Source of the DNA: Nitrospirota bacterium
GTDB taxonomy: Bacteria > Nitrospirota > Nitrospiria > 2-01-FULL-66-17
NCBI GenBank assembly: GCA_049325335.1
Contig: JBMOMC010000006.1
Location: 64,001-128,000, forward strand
Length of the DNA stretch: 64,000 bases
Direction: 5' to 3'
Shown one piece after another: positions 39,371-48,276 of the stretch; positions within the stretch are counted from its first letter, which is position 1, and the number at the start of each line of letters is the position of its first letter. A model generated the notes under the pieces. That model was not told where the DNA came from. It did not search any database and saw nothing but the letters and a program-made list of their open reading frames with translations. The position numbers and the translations under genes were made by a program.

Positions 39371-41281
39371 ATGAGTAAGCAGAACGATCTCGAAGCGGTT
39401 CGCGCGGGTTTCGAAGGACCGTGGTGGCGGTTTCCGGTACTGCGTAACGCGCTGGCCGCCGGCCTGATTGCCGGCGCTGGGTTTCTCCTCGCGCACCTCG
39501 GGCTGATCCCGGCCACCGTTGAGAACGTGTTCTATTGGATCGCGATCCCGCTTGGGGGCTGGCACTGGACTCGTGAGGGGATTGAGAACCTGCTTGTGAG
39601 GCGGGAAGTCGGGATTGAGATCTTGATGCTTGGCGCGACCCTGGGTGCCGGCGCTTTGGGGCTCTGGGACGAGGCCGCGGCATTGGTCTTTCTCTACGGC
39701 GCCGCCGAAGGTACCGAGGAGTACACCTATGCGCGCACACGCCATGCGATTCGCGCGCTCCTCGACCTCGCGCCCAAAGAGGCGCGCGTGCTGCGCGACG
39801 GCAGGGAAATCACGGTTGCCGGGGAAAGTTTGAAGCCAGGGGACATCTTTGTTGTGCGGCCCGGCGAGGCTATCCCCACGGATGGCCTCATCCGGTCAGG
39901 CACCTCTAGTCTGGATGAATCGCCCGTCACGGGCGAGTCCATCCCGGTGGACAAGGAACCGGGCATGCAGGTGTTCGCCGCGTCGATCAACAAACAGGGC
40001 GCGCTGGAGGTCGAGGCCACGGCCGCGTTCGCCGACAACACGTTGTCCAAGATCATTCACCTGGTGGAACAGGCCCAGGAGCGGAAGGGCCGGGCCCAGC
40101 AGTGGATTGAGCGCTTCGGCCGCCGGTACAGCCCTGTCGTGTTAGGCGTCGCCGCGTTGTTGCTCGTGGTTCCCTGGGCCATGGGCCTGCCGTTGCAGGA
40201 ATGGTCGCTGCGGGCCGTGGTGTTACTGGTCGCTGCGGCGCCCTGCGCGCTCATCATGTCCACGCCCGTCGCCGCGGCGGCCGGCATCGGTGCCGCCGGT
40301 CGCCGCGGCATTCTGATCAAAGGCGGGGTCCACCTCGAGCACCTCGGCCAGATCCGAGTGGTGGCTTTCGACAAGACCGGGACGCTCACGCGCGGCGAGC
40401 CGGTCGTGACCGACGTGATTCCGGTCCGAAGCTCCACCGCGGAGCTGCTCGCGATCGCGGCGGGACTGGAGCATCGGTCCGAGCACCCACTGGCCCAGGC
40501 CATCCTCCGCCACGCGAGGGCACAGGGTATCGAGCCACTCACGGCCGAGGAGTTCGAGGCGCTTGCCGGGTCCGGCGCCAAGGGCACCATCAACGATACG
40601 ATCTGGTACATCGGCAACCCCGACCTGTTTGAGCGCCTGGGCGTGGGCCTCGCGGCGGTCCAAGCGCAGATCGCGAGCCTGCAGGGAGAGGGCAAGACCG
40701 TGGTGCTCGTGGGCCACGGCAGGCGGCTGCTCGGGGTCATCGCCCTGCAGGATCAAATCCGACCCGGCATGAAGGATGTGATCGCGGCGCTGCACGCGGA
40801 GGGGGTGCGCGTCGTGATGCTCACCGGCGACAACGCCCGTAACGCCGGCGCCGTCGCCCGGCAGCTTGGCATCGACGACGTGCGCGCCGAGTTGAAGCCG
40901 GAGGACAAGGTCGCGGCCGTGCGCCTACTGGATAAACAGGACGGCGCAGTACTCATGGTGGGCGACGGCGTGAACGACGCCCCGGCCCTCGCCGGCGCGA
41001 CGTGCGGCGTGGCCATGGGCGCCGCCGGCAGCGATGCCGCCATTGAAGCGGCGGATGTCGCGCTCATGGCCGATGATCTCGCCAAGGTGGTGGAGGCGAT
41101 CCGCCTCGGCCGCAAGGCCCGTCGCATCAGCGCGCAGAACATCGTGTTCTCCGTCCTGCTTCTTGCCGTGCTCATTCCCACGGCGCTCGCCGGTTATCTG
41201 AGTGTGGCCGTCACGGTGTTCATCCATGAGACCAGCGAACTGCTTGCAGTGGCGAACGGACTACGAGTGGCGAGATGGTGA
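39371..41281 (+). CDS. Heavy-metal P1B-type ATPase (no N-terminal HMA; P1B-4-like motifs)
   Basis: TGES, APCAL, FDKTGTLT, SEHPLA, GDGVNDAP, last-TM HETSE. Confidence 0.92.
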   Translation: MSKQNDLEAVRAGFEGPWWRFPVLRNALAAGLIAGAGFLLAHLGLIPATVENVFYWIAIPLGGWHWTREGIENLLVRREVGIEILMLGATLGAGALGLWDEAAALVFLYGAAEGTEEYTYARTRHAIRALLDLAPKEARVLRDGREITVAGESLKPGDIFVVRPGEAIPTDGLIRSGTSSLDESPVTGESIPVDKEPGMQVFAASINKQGALEVEATAAFADNTLSKIIHLVEQAQERKGRAQQWIERFGRRYSPVVLGVAALLLVVPWAMGLPLQEWSLRAVVLLVAAAPCALIMSTPVAAAAGIGAAGRRGILIKGGVHLEHLGQIRVVAFDKTGTLTRGEPVVTDVIPVRSSTAELLAIAAGLEHRSEHPLAQAILRHARAQGIEPLTAEEFEALAGSGAKGTINDTIWYIGNPDLFERLGVGLAAVQAQIASLQGEGKTVVLVGHGRRLLGVIALQDQIRPGMKDVIAALHAEGVRVVMLTGDNARNAGAVARQLGIDDVRAELKPEDKVAAVRLLDKQDGAVLMVGDGVNDAPALAGATCGVAMGAAGSDAAIEAADVALMADDLAKVVEAIRLGRKARRISAQNIVFSVLLLAVLIPTALAGYLSVAVTVFIHETSELLAVANGLRVARW

Positions 41282-41343
41282 ACCGAGGGGGAGAGGCGGG
41301 GCGGATACACCCAGAGGAATTCCTACTCACGCGGAGGTCAGCT

Positions 41344-41982
41344 ATGAGCAAGCACAACACCGATTCCCCTCATGAACAGCGAATGGGGATGGACCGCCGT
41401 CTCTTGAAAATCTCGCTGGTCATTTCTTTCGCGCTGATCGCGTCGGGATGCGCTGTGCTCAGTCCTCGTACGGCTCCCCACACGATTACAAAGGCCGATG
41501 CGACGCTCGTTATTCCTCGAGGTGGTCAATACCATTTCCGCCAGCAACGGTTGACTGAGGAAGAAAGCAAGAGGATCAACGACCGCCTGGGCCGTCAGGC
41601 GGTCCAAGCGGGGGAGACGATCAGCTACTATGCGGTCACCCGCCATCGAAAACGGATGACAGGGGACTCGGGACTCGTGTTTGTTGAAATGATTGACGGG
41701 CCACAGGGCCCTTTGCGGCTCGTGCTTTCACTCCGCCATCAAGTGGTCCAAAATCTTGCTGTGAAAGACGGTTCGGCGGTCACAATAATCCGGCATGAGT
41801 TTCTCGATCAATTTATCGGGAGAGACTGGGAGCATTCATTCAAGGTCGAGACAGACCCGGCGGCGTTTCACCGGATTCCGGTCCCGATCGCGCCGCTTGC
41901 CGGACACGTTGAGTTATCCCAACGCATTGCCGATGCGGTATTGAAAGTGGTCGTGCTCGTTTCGGTTCTGAAGCTGGGATGA
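41344..41982 (+). CDS. Putative lipoprotein, possibly FMN-binding-domain-like
   Basis: IASGC lipobox, EFLDQFIG, SQRIADAV; start uncertain. Confidence 0.5.
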   Translation: MSKHNTDSPHEQRMGMDRRLLKISLVISFALIASGCAVLSPRTAPHTITKADATLVIPRGGQYHFRQQRLTEEESKRINDRLGRQAVQAGETISYYAVTRHRKRMTGDSGLVFVEMIDGPQGPLRLVLSLRHQVVQNLAVKDGSAVTIIRHEFLDQFIGRDWEHSFKVETDPAAFHRIPVPIAPLAGHVELSQRIADAVLKVVVLVSVLKLG

Positions 41983-42143
41983 CTGGATGCAGGTGGTCGG
42001 CATCGCTGCCCGGAGCGCCGTCCCAAAGCAAGGGCACCCTGGTGAGGTGGTGCGGCCCGGTCCGCTGCGTTCGTTCTCATCCCAACTGCTTGGAAGAAAA
42101 TGCTTGACCTCGTGGTTTATAGAGTGTTACGTTTTTAAAACAA

Positions 42144-42596
42144 ATGCTACCACTGGTTGGATATATAAGAAGTGCTCAGGCGGCGTTGTGGATCGTCCTG
42201 CTGGCATTCGGGCTTGACGGCCTGGTCTGGGATGGCGGCCTCGTCAATCACGCCCACACCGATGGAGAGCGATTTCATACACACCGGGACCTGCACAGGG
42301 CGGGTTTGGAGTCTCACGTCCACGCCCGTGATCATGGGCACGACCACGGTCCGACCGCTGTTCCTCACGATGCTGACGCGCTGTCCGGTATGTATTGGAC
42401 GGCGGCGGCCGGTCCCAACGACGGATTCCTTCACAGTCACGACGACGACCATGCGAGCGGCAAGTTTTTCCCGCCAAAGAAGGGCGAGGTATTCCACACG
42501 CCGCTTGGGGCGCTAGAAAACCCACCGCCAGCGTCATCCGACCCCGCGAAGCCTGAGGCTCCGCACTCGCGCGGCCCGCCTTTCCTGCTCGTCTAG
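42144..42596 (+). CDS. His-rich leader protein with C-terminal RGPP (candidate ribosome-arrest peptide)
   Basis: Hydrophobic N-terminus, many HxH repeats, ends HSRGPPFLLV; TTGACC at 42104 upstream. Confidence 0.65.
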   Translation: MLPLVGYIRSAQAALWIVLLAFGLDGLVWDGGLVNHAHTDGERFHTHRDLHRAGLESHVHARDHGHDHGPTAVPHDADALSGMYWTAAAGPNDGFLHSHDDDHASGKFFPPKKGEVFHTPLGALENPPPASSDPAKPEAPHSRGPPFLLV

Positions 42597-42680
42597 CCTG
42601 ACGTTTTTTTACCCCTTGAATGCAAGCCCGGCCGCGCGATCGGCTTGGAGAAGCCGGTCCGGGCCGACGAGACAAAGGAG
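42579..42680 (+). promoter_or_regulatory. Putative SD-sequestering RNA structure
   Basis: CCTTT 42579 / AAAGG 42674, CTCGTC 42588 / GACGAG 42666, gcccgg 42626 / ccgggc 42659, inner hairpin atcggctt-ggag-aagccggt. Confidence 0.55.
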
Positions 42681-42685
42681 AGCCT

Positions 42686-43876
42686 ATGGAGCGCGTGATG
42701 CATGCCATCACGAGAGGAACGTGTGCGTTCGTGATGGCCCTGTTGGGCGCAAGCGTGGTGGGCGTGCCGGCCGCCAGCGCCCACACCAAAGGGATCAGCC
42801 TCAGTCGGTATGGCTTGATCGATATGTCGTGGACGGGCAACGTCTTGTACTCCAGCTACAGCGACTACGTGAACGCCTATCCCCAGCTCCGGCCGTACAT
42901 CGGCGGGGCGTTGCGCCAGGGGTTGGTGCTCAAGAGCTTTGACGTCTCGGTTACGCAGGATCTGTATCAATATCCCGCCAAAGCCGCGGTGTTCCTCGCG
43001 TTCGGCCAAGATTCGGCCGCGATCGAGGAGGCGTTCTTTCTCTTCCATAAGATGCCGTATCAGACCCAACTGAAGGTCGGGCAATTCCGCGCCCAGTTCG
43101 GCAAGTTGAACCAGTACCATGACCACGAATGGATCTTTGCCAACCCTCCAATGATCACCACCGTGCTCGCCAGCGACGATGGGTTCAAGATCCTGGGCGG
43201 CGAACTGACATGGCAACCGCCCTTGGGGCAGTTCGTGGAACTTGCAGTGGACGTCGGCCGCCGGGACACGCTGGGCGTCTTTCAGGCCAAGCCCGATCCG
43301 GTTGATCCGACCGAGCCGGACGCGACCGACATGTTTGTCATTACCAAATTTACGCACTACGTGGACCTCACGGACGCGTCGAGCTGGGAGTGGGGCGCCA
43401 CGTACGCCCAAGGGGGCAACAATTCGGATCCCGGCAACGACGATCAGGATCGCATCTACGGCTTAGATTTCACGTACAAATACAAACCAGCCCCGTTTAG
43501 TCCGTACGTGCGCTGGACCACCGAGTTGTTCCACGATACGAAGGAACTGACGCGCGTCGGGCTTCCGAATGAGATCGTCAAAGGCGTCTACTCTGAGGTC
43601 GACTATCGAGTGACCTACAATTGGGCACTTGGCGCCCGGTTCGACGCAGTCGCAGGCGACGTGGACCCGATCGATGCCGCGCTGGGTGACGTGACCCGCA
43701 CGCGTTATTCCGGCGGTATCCGCTATTTCTTCAACCCGGTGTCGCGTTTGAACCTTCAATTTGATCATATTCCGTCGGCTGACTCGGCGCCGGCGTCTAA
43801 CGTCGTCATCCTCCAGCTCAACGTGGGAGGAGGCACCGTAACCCCTGGTGTCGGGAAATTCTACACGCTATGGTAA
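42686..43876 (+). CDS. Outer-membrane beta-barrel of the type found with metal ABC uptake operons
   Basis: Signal ..ASA, IEEAF, LKVGQFRAQFGKLNQYHDHEW, YGLDF.YK, alternating strands. Confidence 0.7.
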   Translation: MERVMHAITRGTCAFVMALLGASVVGVPAASAHTKGISLSRYGLIDMSWTGNVLYSSYSDYVNAYPQLRPYIGGALRQGLVLKSFDVSVTQDLYQYPAKAAVFLAFGQDSAAIEEAFFLFHKMPYQTQLKVGQFRAQFGKLNQYHDHEWIFANPPMITTVLASDDGFKILGGELTWQPPLGQFVELAVDVGRRDTLGVFQAKPDPVDPTEPDATDMFVITKFTHYVDLTDASSWEWGATYAQGGNNSDPGNDDQDRIYGLDFTYKYKPAPFSPYVRWTTELFHDTKELTRVGLPNEIVKGVYSEVDYRVTYNWALGARFDAVAGDVDPIDAALGDVTRTRYSGGIRYFFNPVSRLNLQFDHIPSADSAPASNVVILQLNVGGGTVTPGVGKFYTLW

Positions 43877-43911
43877 CCTCTTCGGTCGACGACCAACGAA
43901 GGAGAACGTCC

Positions 43912-44871
43912 ATGCTGTCATCTCGGATCATCGCAATCGCCGCGGTGGTCGGCCTTCTGGCCTCAACGGCCGGCTCCGCCTCCGCAGCACTCAAGATCGT
44001 CACCTCGTTTCCGCAGGATGCCTCGATCGCCAAGGCGATCGGCGGGGAGCGTGTCGAGGTGGTAAGCCTCACGACGGGCGTCCAGAACCCTCACGCGGTG
44101 GATCCCAAACCGTCCTTTGCGATTCACCTGAACAAGGCCGACCTGCTGATCGTCAACGGCCAGAACATGGAGATGGCGTGGTTACCCATCGCCCTCACAA
44201 CCAGCCGGAACCCCAAGATTCTTGAAGGCGCGGACGGCTACCTGGATCCGTCACAAGGGATTACGTTCATCCCCTACTCGCAGGACGAACTCCAGGCCAC
44301 GCCGTTTTTTTCACTGAACCTGATCGTCGGCGATCCGACCAAGACGGGGAATCACCACTACTGGCTGGATCCGGAAAATGGCTTGGTTGTGGCGAAGAAC
44401 ATTCATGACAAGTTGGTCGCAATGGACCCAGACGGCGCCGAGATCTACACCGCGAATTACGAAGCGTTCACGGCAAAGCTCAAGGCGAAGATCACCGAAT
44501 GGGATCGGATGATGGCGCCGTTCAAGGGAATGAAAATTGTGAGCTATCACCGTGACTGGATCTACCTCACGAAGCGCCACGGATTGGCTCTGTTCGCATA
44601 CATCGAGCCGCGCGAGACGATTCCGCCGAGCGCGGGTGAGGTCGCGGCGCTGATCAAAAAGATGAAAGACAAGCACGTCCCCGTCGTCCTGGTGTCGCCG
44701 TGGCAGCCCCAGAAGATCTCGAAGGAGATCGCTCAACAGACGGGAGCCCACTTCGTGTCGCTGCCATCCACGGTCGATGAGCGGTTTGGCGCGAAGGATT
44801 ACATCGGGCTGTTCGACGTGATCTACGGCGACCTGACCAAGGCGCTCACCGATGCGAACCCTGGGCGTTGA
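43912..44871 (+). CDS. Zn/Mn ABC transporter substrate-binding protein (ZnuA/TroA-like)
   Basis: NPH, ADLLIVNG..ME..W, GNHHYWLDPEN, SYHRDW, IEP. Confidence 0.88.
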   Translation: MLSSRIIAIAAVVGLLASTAGSASAALKIVTSFPQDASIAKAIGGERVEVVSLTTGVQNPHAVDPKPSFAIHLNKADLLIVNGQNMEMAWLPIALTTSRNPKILEGADGYLDPSQGITFIPYSQDELQATPFFSLNLIVGDPTKTGNHHYWLDPENGLVVAKNIHDKLVAMDPDGAEIYTANYEAFTAKLKAKITEWDRMMAPFKGMKIVSYHRDWIYLTKRHGLALFAYIEPRETIPPSAGEVAALIKKMKDKHVPVVLVSPWQPQKISKEIAQQTGAHFVSLPSTVDERFGAKDYIGLFDVIYGDLTKALTDANPGR

Positions 44872-44900
44872 TCTGCCCCCTCGGCTCTGAAGCCACGAGT

Positions 44901-45677
44901 ATGACGACGCAGATCCAAGCCGAACATCTGGCGATCGGCTATCACGGGAGAGCGATCCTCACGGACATTTCCCTGAAGATCGCTCCGGGCTCGTTCTGGG
45001 GCATCGTCGGCCCGAACGGGTCGGGCAAGACTACGTTGGTGAAGACGCTGGCCGGCATCTTGCCTTCTATTGGCGGACGGCTTGATCGCTCGCCGGAGCT
45101 CCGTTTTGGCTACGTGCCACAGCGCAACAATCTGGACGATATCTTTCCGCTCACGGTCTTGGACGTCGTGCTCATGGGGCGGTTCCCCAGGCTCGGCGTG
45201 GGGCGGCGGGTCAGGAAGGCCGACCGCGACCTGGCGCTGGATTACATGCGCCAAGTCGCGGTCGATCACCTCTCCGACCGACCGTTCCGGATCTTGTCCG
45301 GCGGCCAAAAACAGCGCGCACTGATCGCACGAGCCCTCACGTTCGAACCTGACGTCTTGGTGTTCGACGAACCCACGACTGGGATGGACCTGTCGGGTGA
45401 GCTGGAGATGATGCAATTGATCCTTGAACTGCATCAGCGGTCGGGGCGCACCGTGTTGATGATCACGCACGATTTGAATCTGATTGCCAACTATGCCGAA
45501 TCATTGATCGTGGTCCACGAGGAGCAGGTGATGACGGGGGAGGTCTCGCAGATCATGCGCGACGAGACGTTGGGGCGGATCTATCGCCAGAACATCCACG
45601 TCCACAGCATCCACGGCCGCACGCACGTCTTCGTGCATGGTCACGGCCGACACGACCGTTCGCGAGGGCGCGGGTGA
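44901..45677 (+). CDS. Metal ABC transporter ATPase (ZnuC-like)
   Basis: GPNGSGKT, GYVPQ, LSGGQKQR, FDEPTTG, His-rich tail. Confidence 0.9.
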   Translation: MTTQIQAEHLAIGYHGRAILTDISLKIAPGSFWGIVGPNGSGKTTLVKTLAGILPSIGGRLDRSPELRFGYVPQRNNLDDIFPLTVLDVVLMGRFPRLGVGRRVRKADRDLALDYMRQVAVDHLSDRPFRILSGGQKQRALIARALTFEPDVLVFDEPTTGMDLSGELEMMQLILELHQRSGRTVLMITHDLNLIANYAESLIVVHEEQVMTGEVSQIMRDETLGRIYRQNIHVHSIHGRTHVFVHGHGRHDRSRGRG

Positions 45678-46516
45678 GTATTTGGGAGGCCCTGCCGATC
45701 CTCCAGAATGGTCTGGCGGCGTGTGTGATCACCGCGCTGGTCTGCTCGTTCCTCGGCGTATACGTGGTGTTGAAGCGCGTGGTGTTCGTGACAGCCGCCC
45801 TGTCGCAGACCGCCTCTTTGGGAATCGCGGGCGCGATGTTCCTGGGAGCGATGATCGGCGGCACCGGGCCAGACCACATCGGTTCGGTTTGGCCAATCGT
45901 CGCCGCGGTGGCCGCGAGTTGCGGACTGGCCGCCGTCCTGGCGTTCCAGCACGCCGAGCGTCGCCTCACGCGCGAGAGTCTGTTGGGCGTGGGCTATATC
46001 GTGCCCTCGGGCATTGCCTTACTGTTACTGGACTACGTCGGGGGCGCGACGCACGACATCGAGAACCTGCTGTTCGGGAACGCGGTGTTTGTCTCGACGG
46101 CACAGGTGCTGGTATTGGCGCTCGTGGCCGCGGTGGTCCTGGGTGTACACGCGTTGTTGTACAAAGAGTTTGTGTTTGTGGCGTTCGACCTGGAGACGGC
46201 GAAGGCGTCAGGAATGCGCACGGGGGCGCTCAACCAGGCGCTGTTTGCGTCGATCGGGCTGACGATCGCGGTGACGATCAGCTCGGTGGGCGCGTTGCCG
46301 GTGTTCGCGTTTATGGTCGTCCCGTCCGCCGCGGCGCTGCTGCTGACCCGCCGGCTCGCGCAAACCTTCGTGCTGTCCGCGGCCATCGGGGTGGCCGCCG
46401 CGCTGATCGGATTTTATGCCTCATTTCAATGGAGGCTGCCCACTGGCCCCGCGATGATCGCCGTCGCGTCCGCGTTTCTCGTACCCGGCGTGCTGGCGAG
46501 GAGGCGCAGCGGATGA
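45674..46516 (+). CDS. Metal ABC transporter permease (ZnuB-like)
   Basis: LGVYVVLKR..F...ALSQ, LLFGN, AFD...A, VP.AAA. Confidence 0.9.
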   Translation: MSIWEALPILQNGLAACVITALVCSFLGVYVVLKRVVFVTAALSQTASLGIAGAMFLGAMIGGTGPDHIGSVWPIVAAVAASCGLAAVLAFQHAERRLTRESLLGVGYIVPSGIALLLLDYVGGATHDIENLLFGNAVFVSTAQVLVLALVAAVVLGVHALLYKEFVFVAFDLETAKASGMRTGALNQALFASIGLTIAVTISSVGALPVFAFMVVPSAAALLLTRRLAQTFVLSAAIGVAAALIGFYASFQWRLPTGPAMIAVASAFLVPGVLARRRSG

Positions 46517-46817
46517 AAGAGCGAAATCCACATGTTTGGTATACAGCCATCACGGTGTTCATCCACAGACCAGGAGCTTCTTGCGACGGCCTTGCGAGTG
46601 AGCCGATTGTGTAGTGGCTCTCTCTGACGTATCGGCGCGATCGCTGCGGCATGACGACTGGCTCGCCCCTGAGAACGCTCACCCGTCTTTTCCCCACGTC
46701 GCCACCTAAACGCCCCTGTTCTAAGTCGCCAGAATCAGCGACTCCTTGACCGTATCCGGTGCCTCGGTGGAGGTCCGCTGAAGCGTAGGCTTGCTTCCAA
46801 AACAGGGGAGGCACCGT

Positions 46818-47819
46818 ATGGGAAGGGGCACCGTCTGGCTGTTCGCCGGGGCGGCGATCGTCTTGCTACTCATGGTCGAGGCTGGCAGTGTGATGGCCTG
46901 CCCTGGCCGCGTCTTCAATCCTGTCACCGACGTGGACTGGATGGGCGTGTTCCCGATCAAGATCGGCGGGATGACGGTTGCGAGCTTTGATGCCGAGGAC
47001 ACCGAGACGGTCGGCACGTCTCCCATCTGTTTCTGCTCCGACCGCCCCCCTCCGCTCAACGCGCTCCCCGGGATTCCCGTCTCCTTCTGGGAGCCGGTCC
47101 GCCTGATCGAAGTCGTGCGCGATCCATACTGCTTTCCCTCGCTCGGCGGCATGGACCTCTCGCCCACGATCCAAGGTTTCGGCGCCAACTCCGGGACGCA
47201 GGCGACCGACGAGCACCACGCGTTCTATCAGGTGCACTACTACACGTACCCCTTATTTGCGCTCCTGGAACTCGTGCTCGATTTCGGCTGCCTGGAGAAC
47301 ACCGCGTTCGATCTCGCGTACGTCACCGAGTTGGATCCGCTCTGGAACGTCCCGGAACTCGCCGCGCTGCTGACGCCCGAGACGTTTCTCTTCGCCAGTC
47401 CCGCCTCGATCGCAGCGTGTGCGGCCGACTGCGCCGCGGCTACCGCGGGCTTTCCACTCGATGGCCTCTTCTGGTGCGAGGGGTGCTGGGGCGGGGTGTA
47501 TCCACTCAACGGTGCGCTCTCGGCCGGGAATGTGAGTCCACAGCAGGCCTCGGTCCTCGTTGCGAGCCGGATGTTGTTCAAGCTCCATCGGGAGGGCTTG
47601 CTTTGGGGCACGGTCGGGGCTGATGGGCTTTGCCGGAAGTACCCCATGCCGATCATGCGCAAGAGCCAGTACAAGCTGCAGCTCGCGTACCCCAAGCGGG
47701 GGCGGGTGTTTCCCCTCGGACGAAGCGATCTGGCGTGGGGCGTGGGGGCGTCGTTTCCGGTCGCGGGGGAGGATTTTGTGTACGTGGTGTGGAGGAAGCG
47801 TGACTGCTGCGTGTTGTAG
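46818..47819 (+). CDS. traU: TraU
   Basis: FNPVTDV.W..VFPI.IG, FWEPVRL.EV.R.PYCF, FYQVHYY, TELDPLWN, WRKRDCC. Confidence 0.95.
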   Translation: MGRGTVWLFAGAAIVLLLMVEAGSVMACPGRVFNPVTDVDWMGVFPIKIGGMTVASFDAEDTETVGTSPICFCSDRPPPLNALPGIPVSFWEPVRLIEVVRDPYCFPSLGGMDLSPTIQGFGANSGTQATDEHHAFYQVHYYTYPLFALLELVLDFGCLENTAFDLAYVTELDPLWNVPELAALLTPETFLFASPASIAACAADCAAATAGFPLDGLFWCEGCWGGVYPLNGALSAGNVSPQQASVLVASRMLFKLHREGLLWGTVGADGLCRKYPMPIMRKSQYKLQLAYPKRGRVFPLGRSDLAWGVGASFPVAGEDFVYVVWRKRDCCVL

Positions 47820-48276
47820 GGTGGGGCTCGCGCTCTGGGCTTCGGTCCTCATCGCACCATCTTCCGCACTGGCTGCGGAGCGGCTTTATTACTTCTGGTC
47901 GTTCTCGATGCCGGAGGCGAGTCTCAAGTCCGCCTTGGCGGACGGGGATAAGGTCGGGCTAATCGCCGTGCTGCGCGGGCTCCCAGAAGGGTCGGCCAAG
48001 ACCTCGCTCGGCCGCCTCAAGCGCCTGTTAGGGAATCATAAGACCGAGGTCCTCATCGAGCCGCGTCTCTTCACGCTGTACGGCATCACCGGGGTTCCGT
48101 CTCTTGTCTACGCCGAAGGCGTCGATGCCTTGTGTGAGTCCTGCGCGCCGGTACCGCACCACGCGATCGTGACCGGAGACGTACCGCTCGGCACAGCCCT
48201 CGAATATTTGGCCCGTGAGGCACCTTCGGTCGAGCGATTTCTCGCCAAGCTCCGCGAGGGATTCTATGCGCGGTGA
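47800..48276 (+). CDS. trbC: F-type pilus assembly protein TrbC
   Basis: FWSFSMP..SL, VLRG, IEPRLF..YGI..VP, GDVPL..AL. Confidence 0.85.
   Translation: MTAACCRVGLALWASVLIAPSSALAAERLYYFWSFSMPEASLKSALADGDKVGLIAVLRGLPEGSAKTSLGRLKRLLGNHKTEVLIEPRLFTLYGITGVPSLVYAEGVDALCESCAPVPHHAIVTGDVPLGTALEYLAREAPSVERFLAKLREGFYAR

Noticed and set aside
42110..42143. Zur box upstream of the metal uptake operon
   Set aside because: AT-rich with only partial dyad symmetry; cannot support a specific regulator
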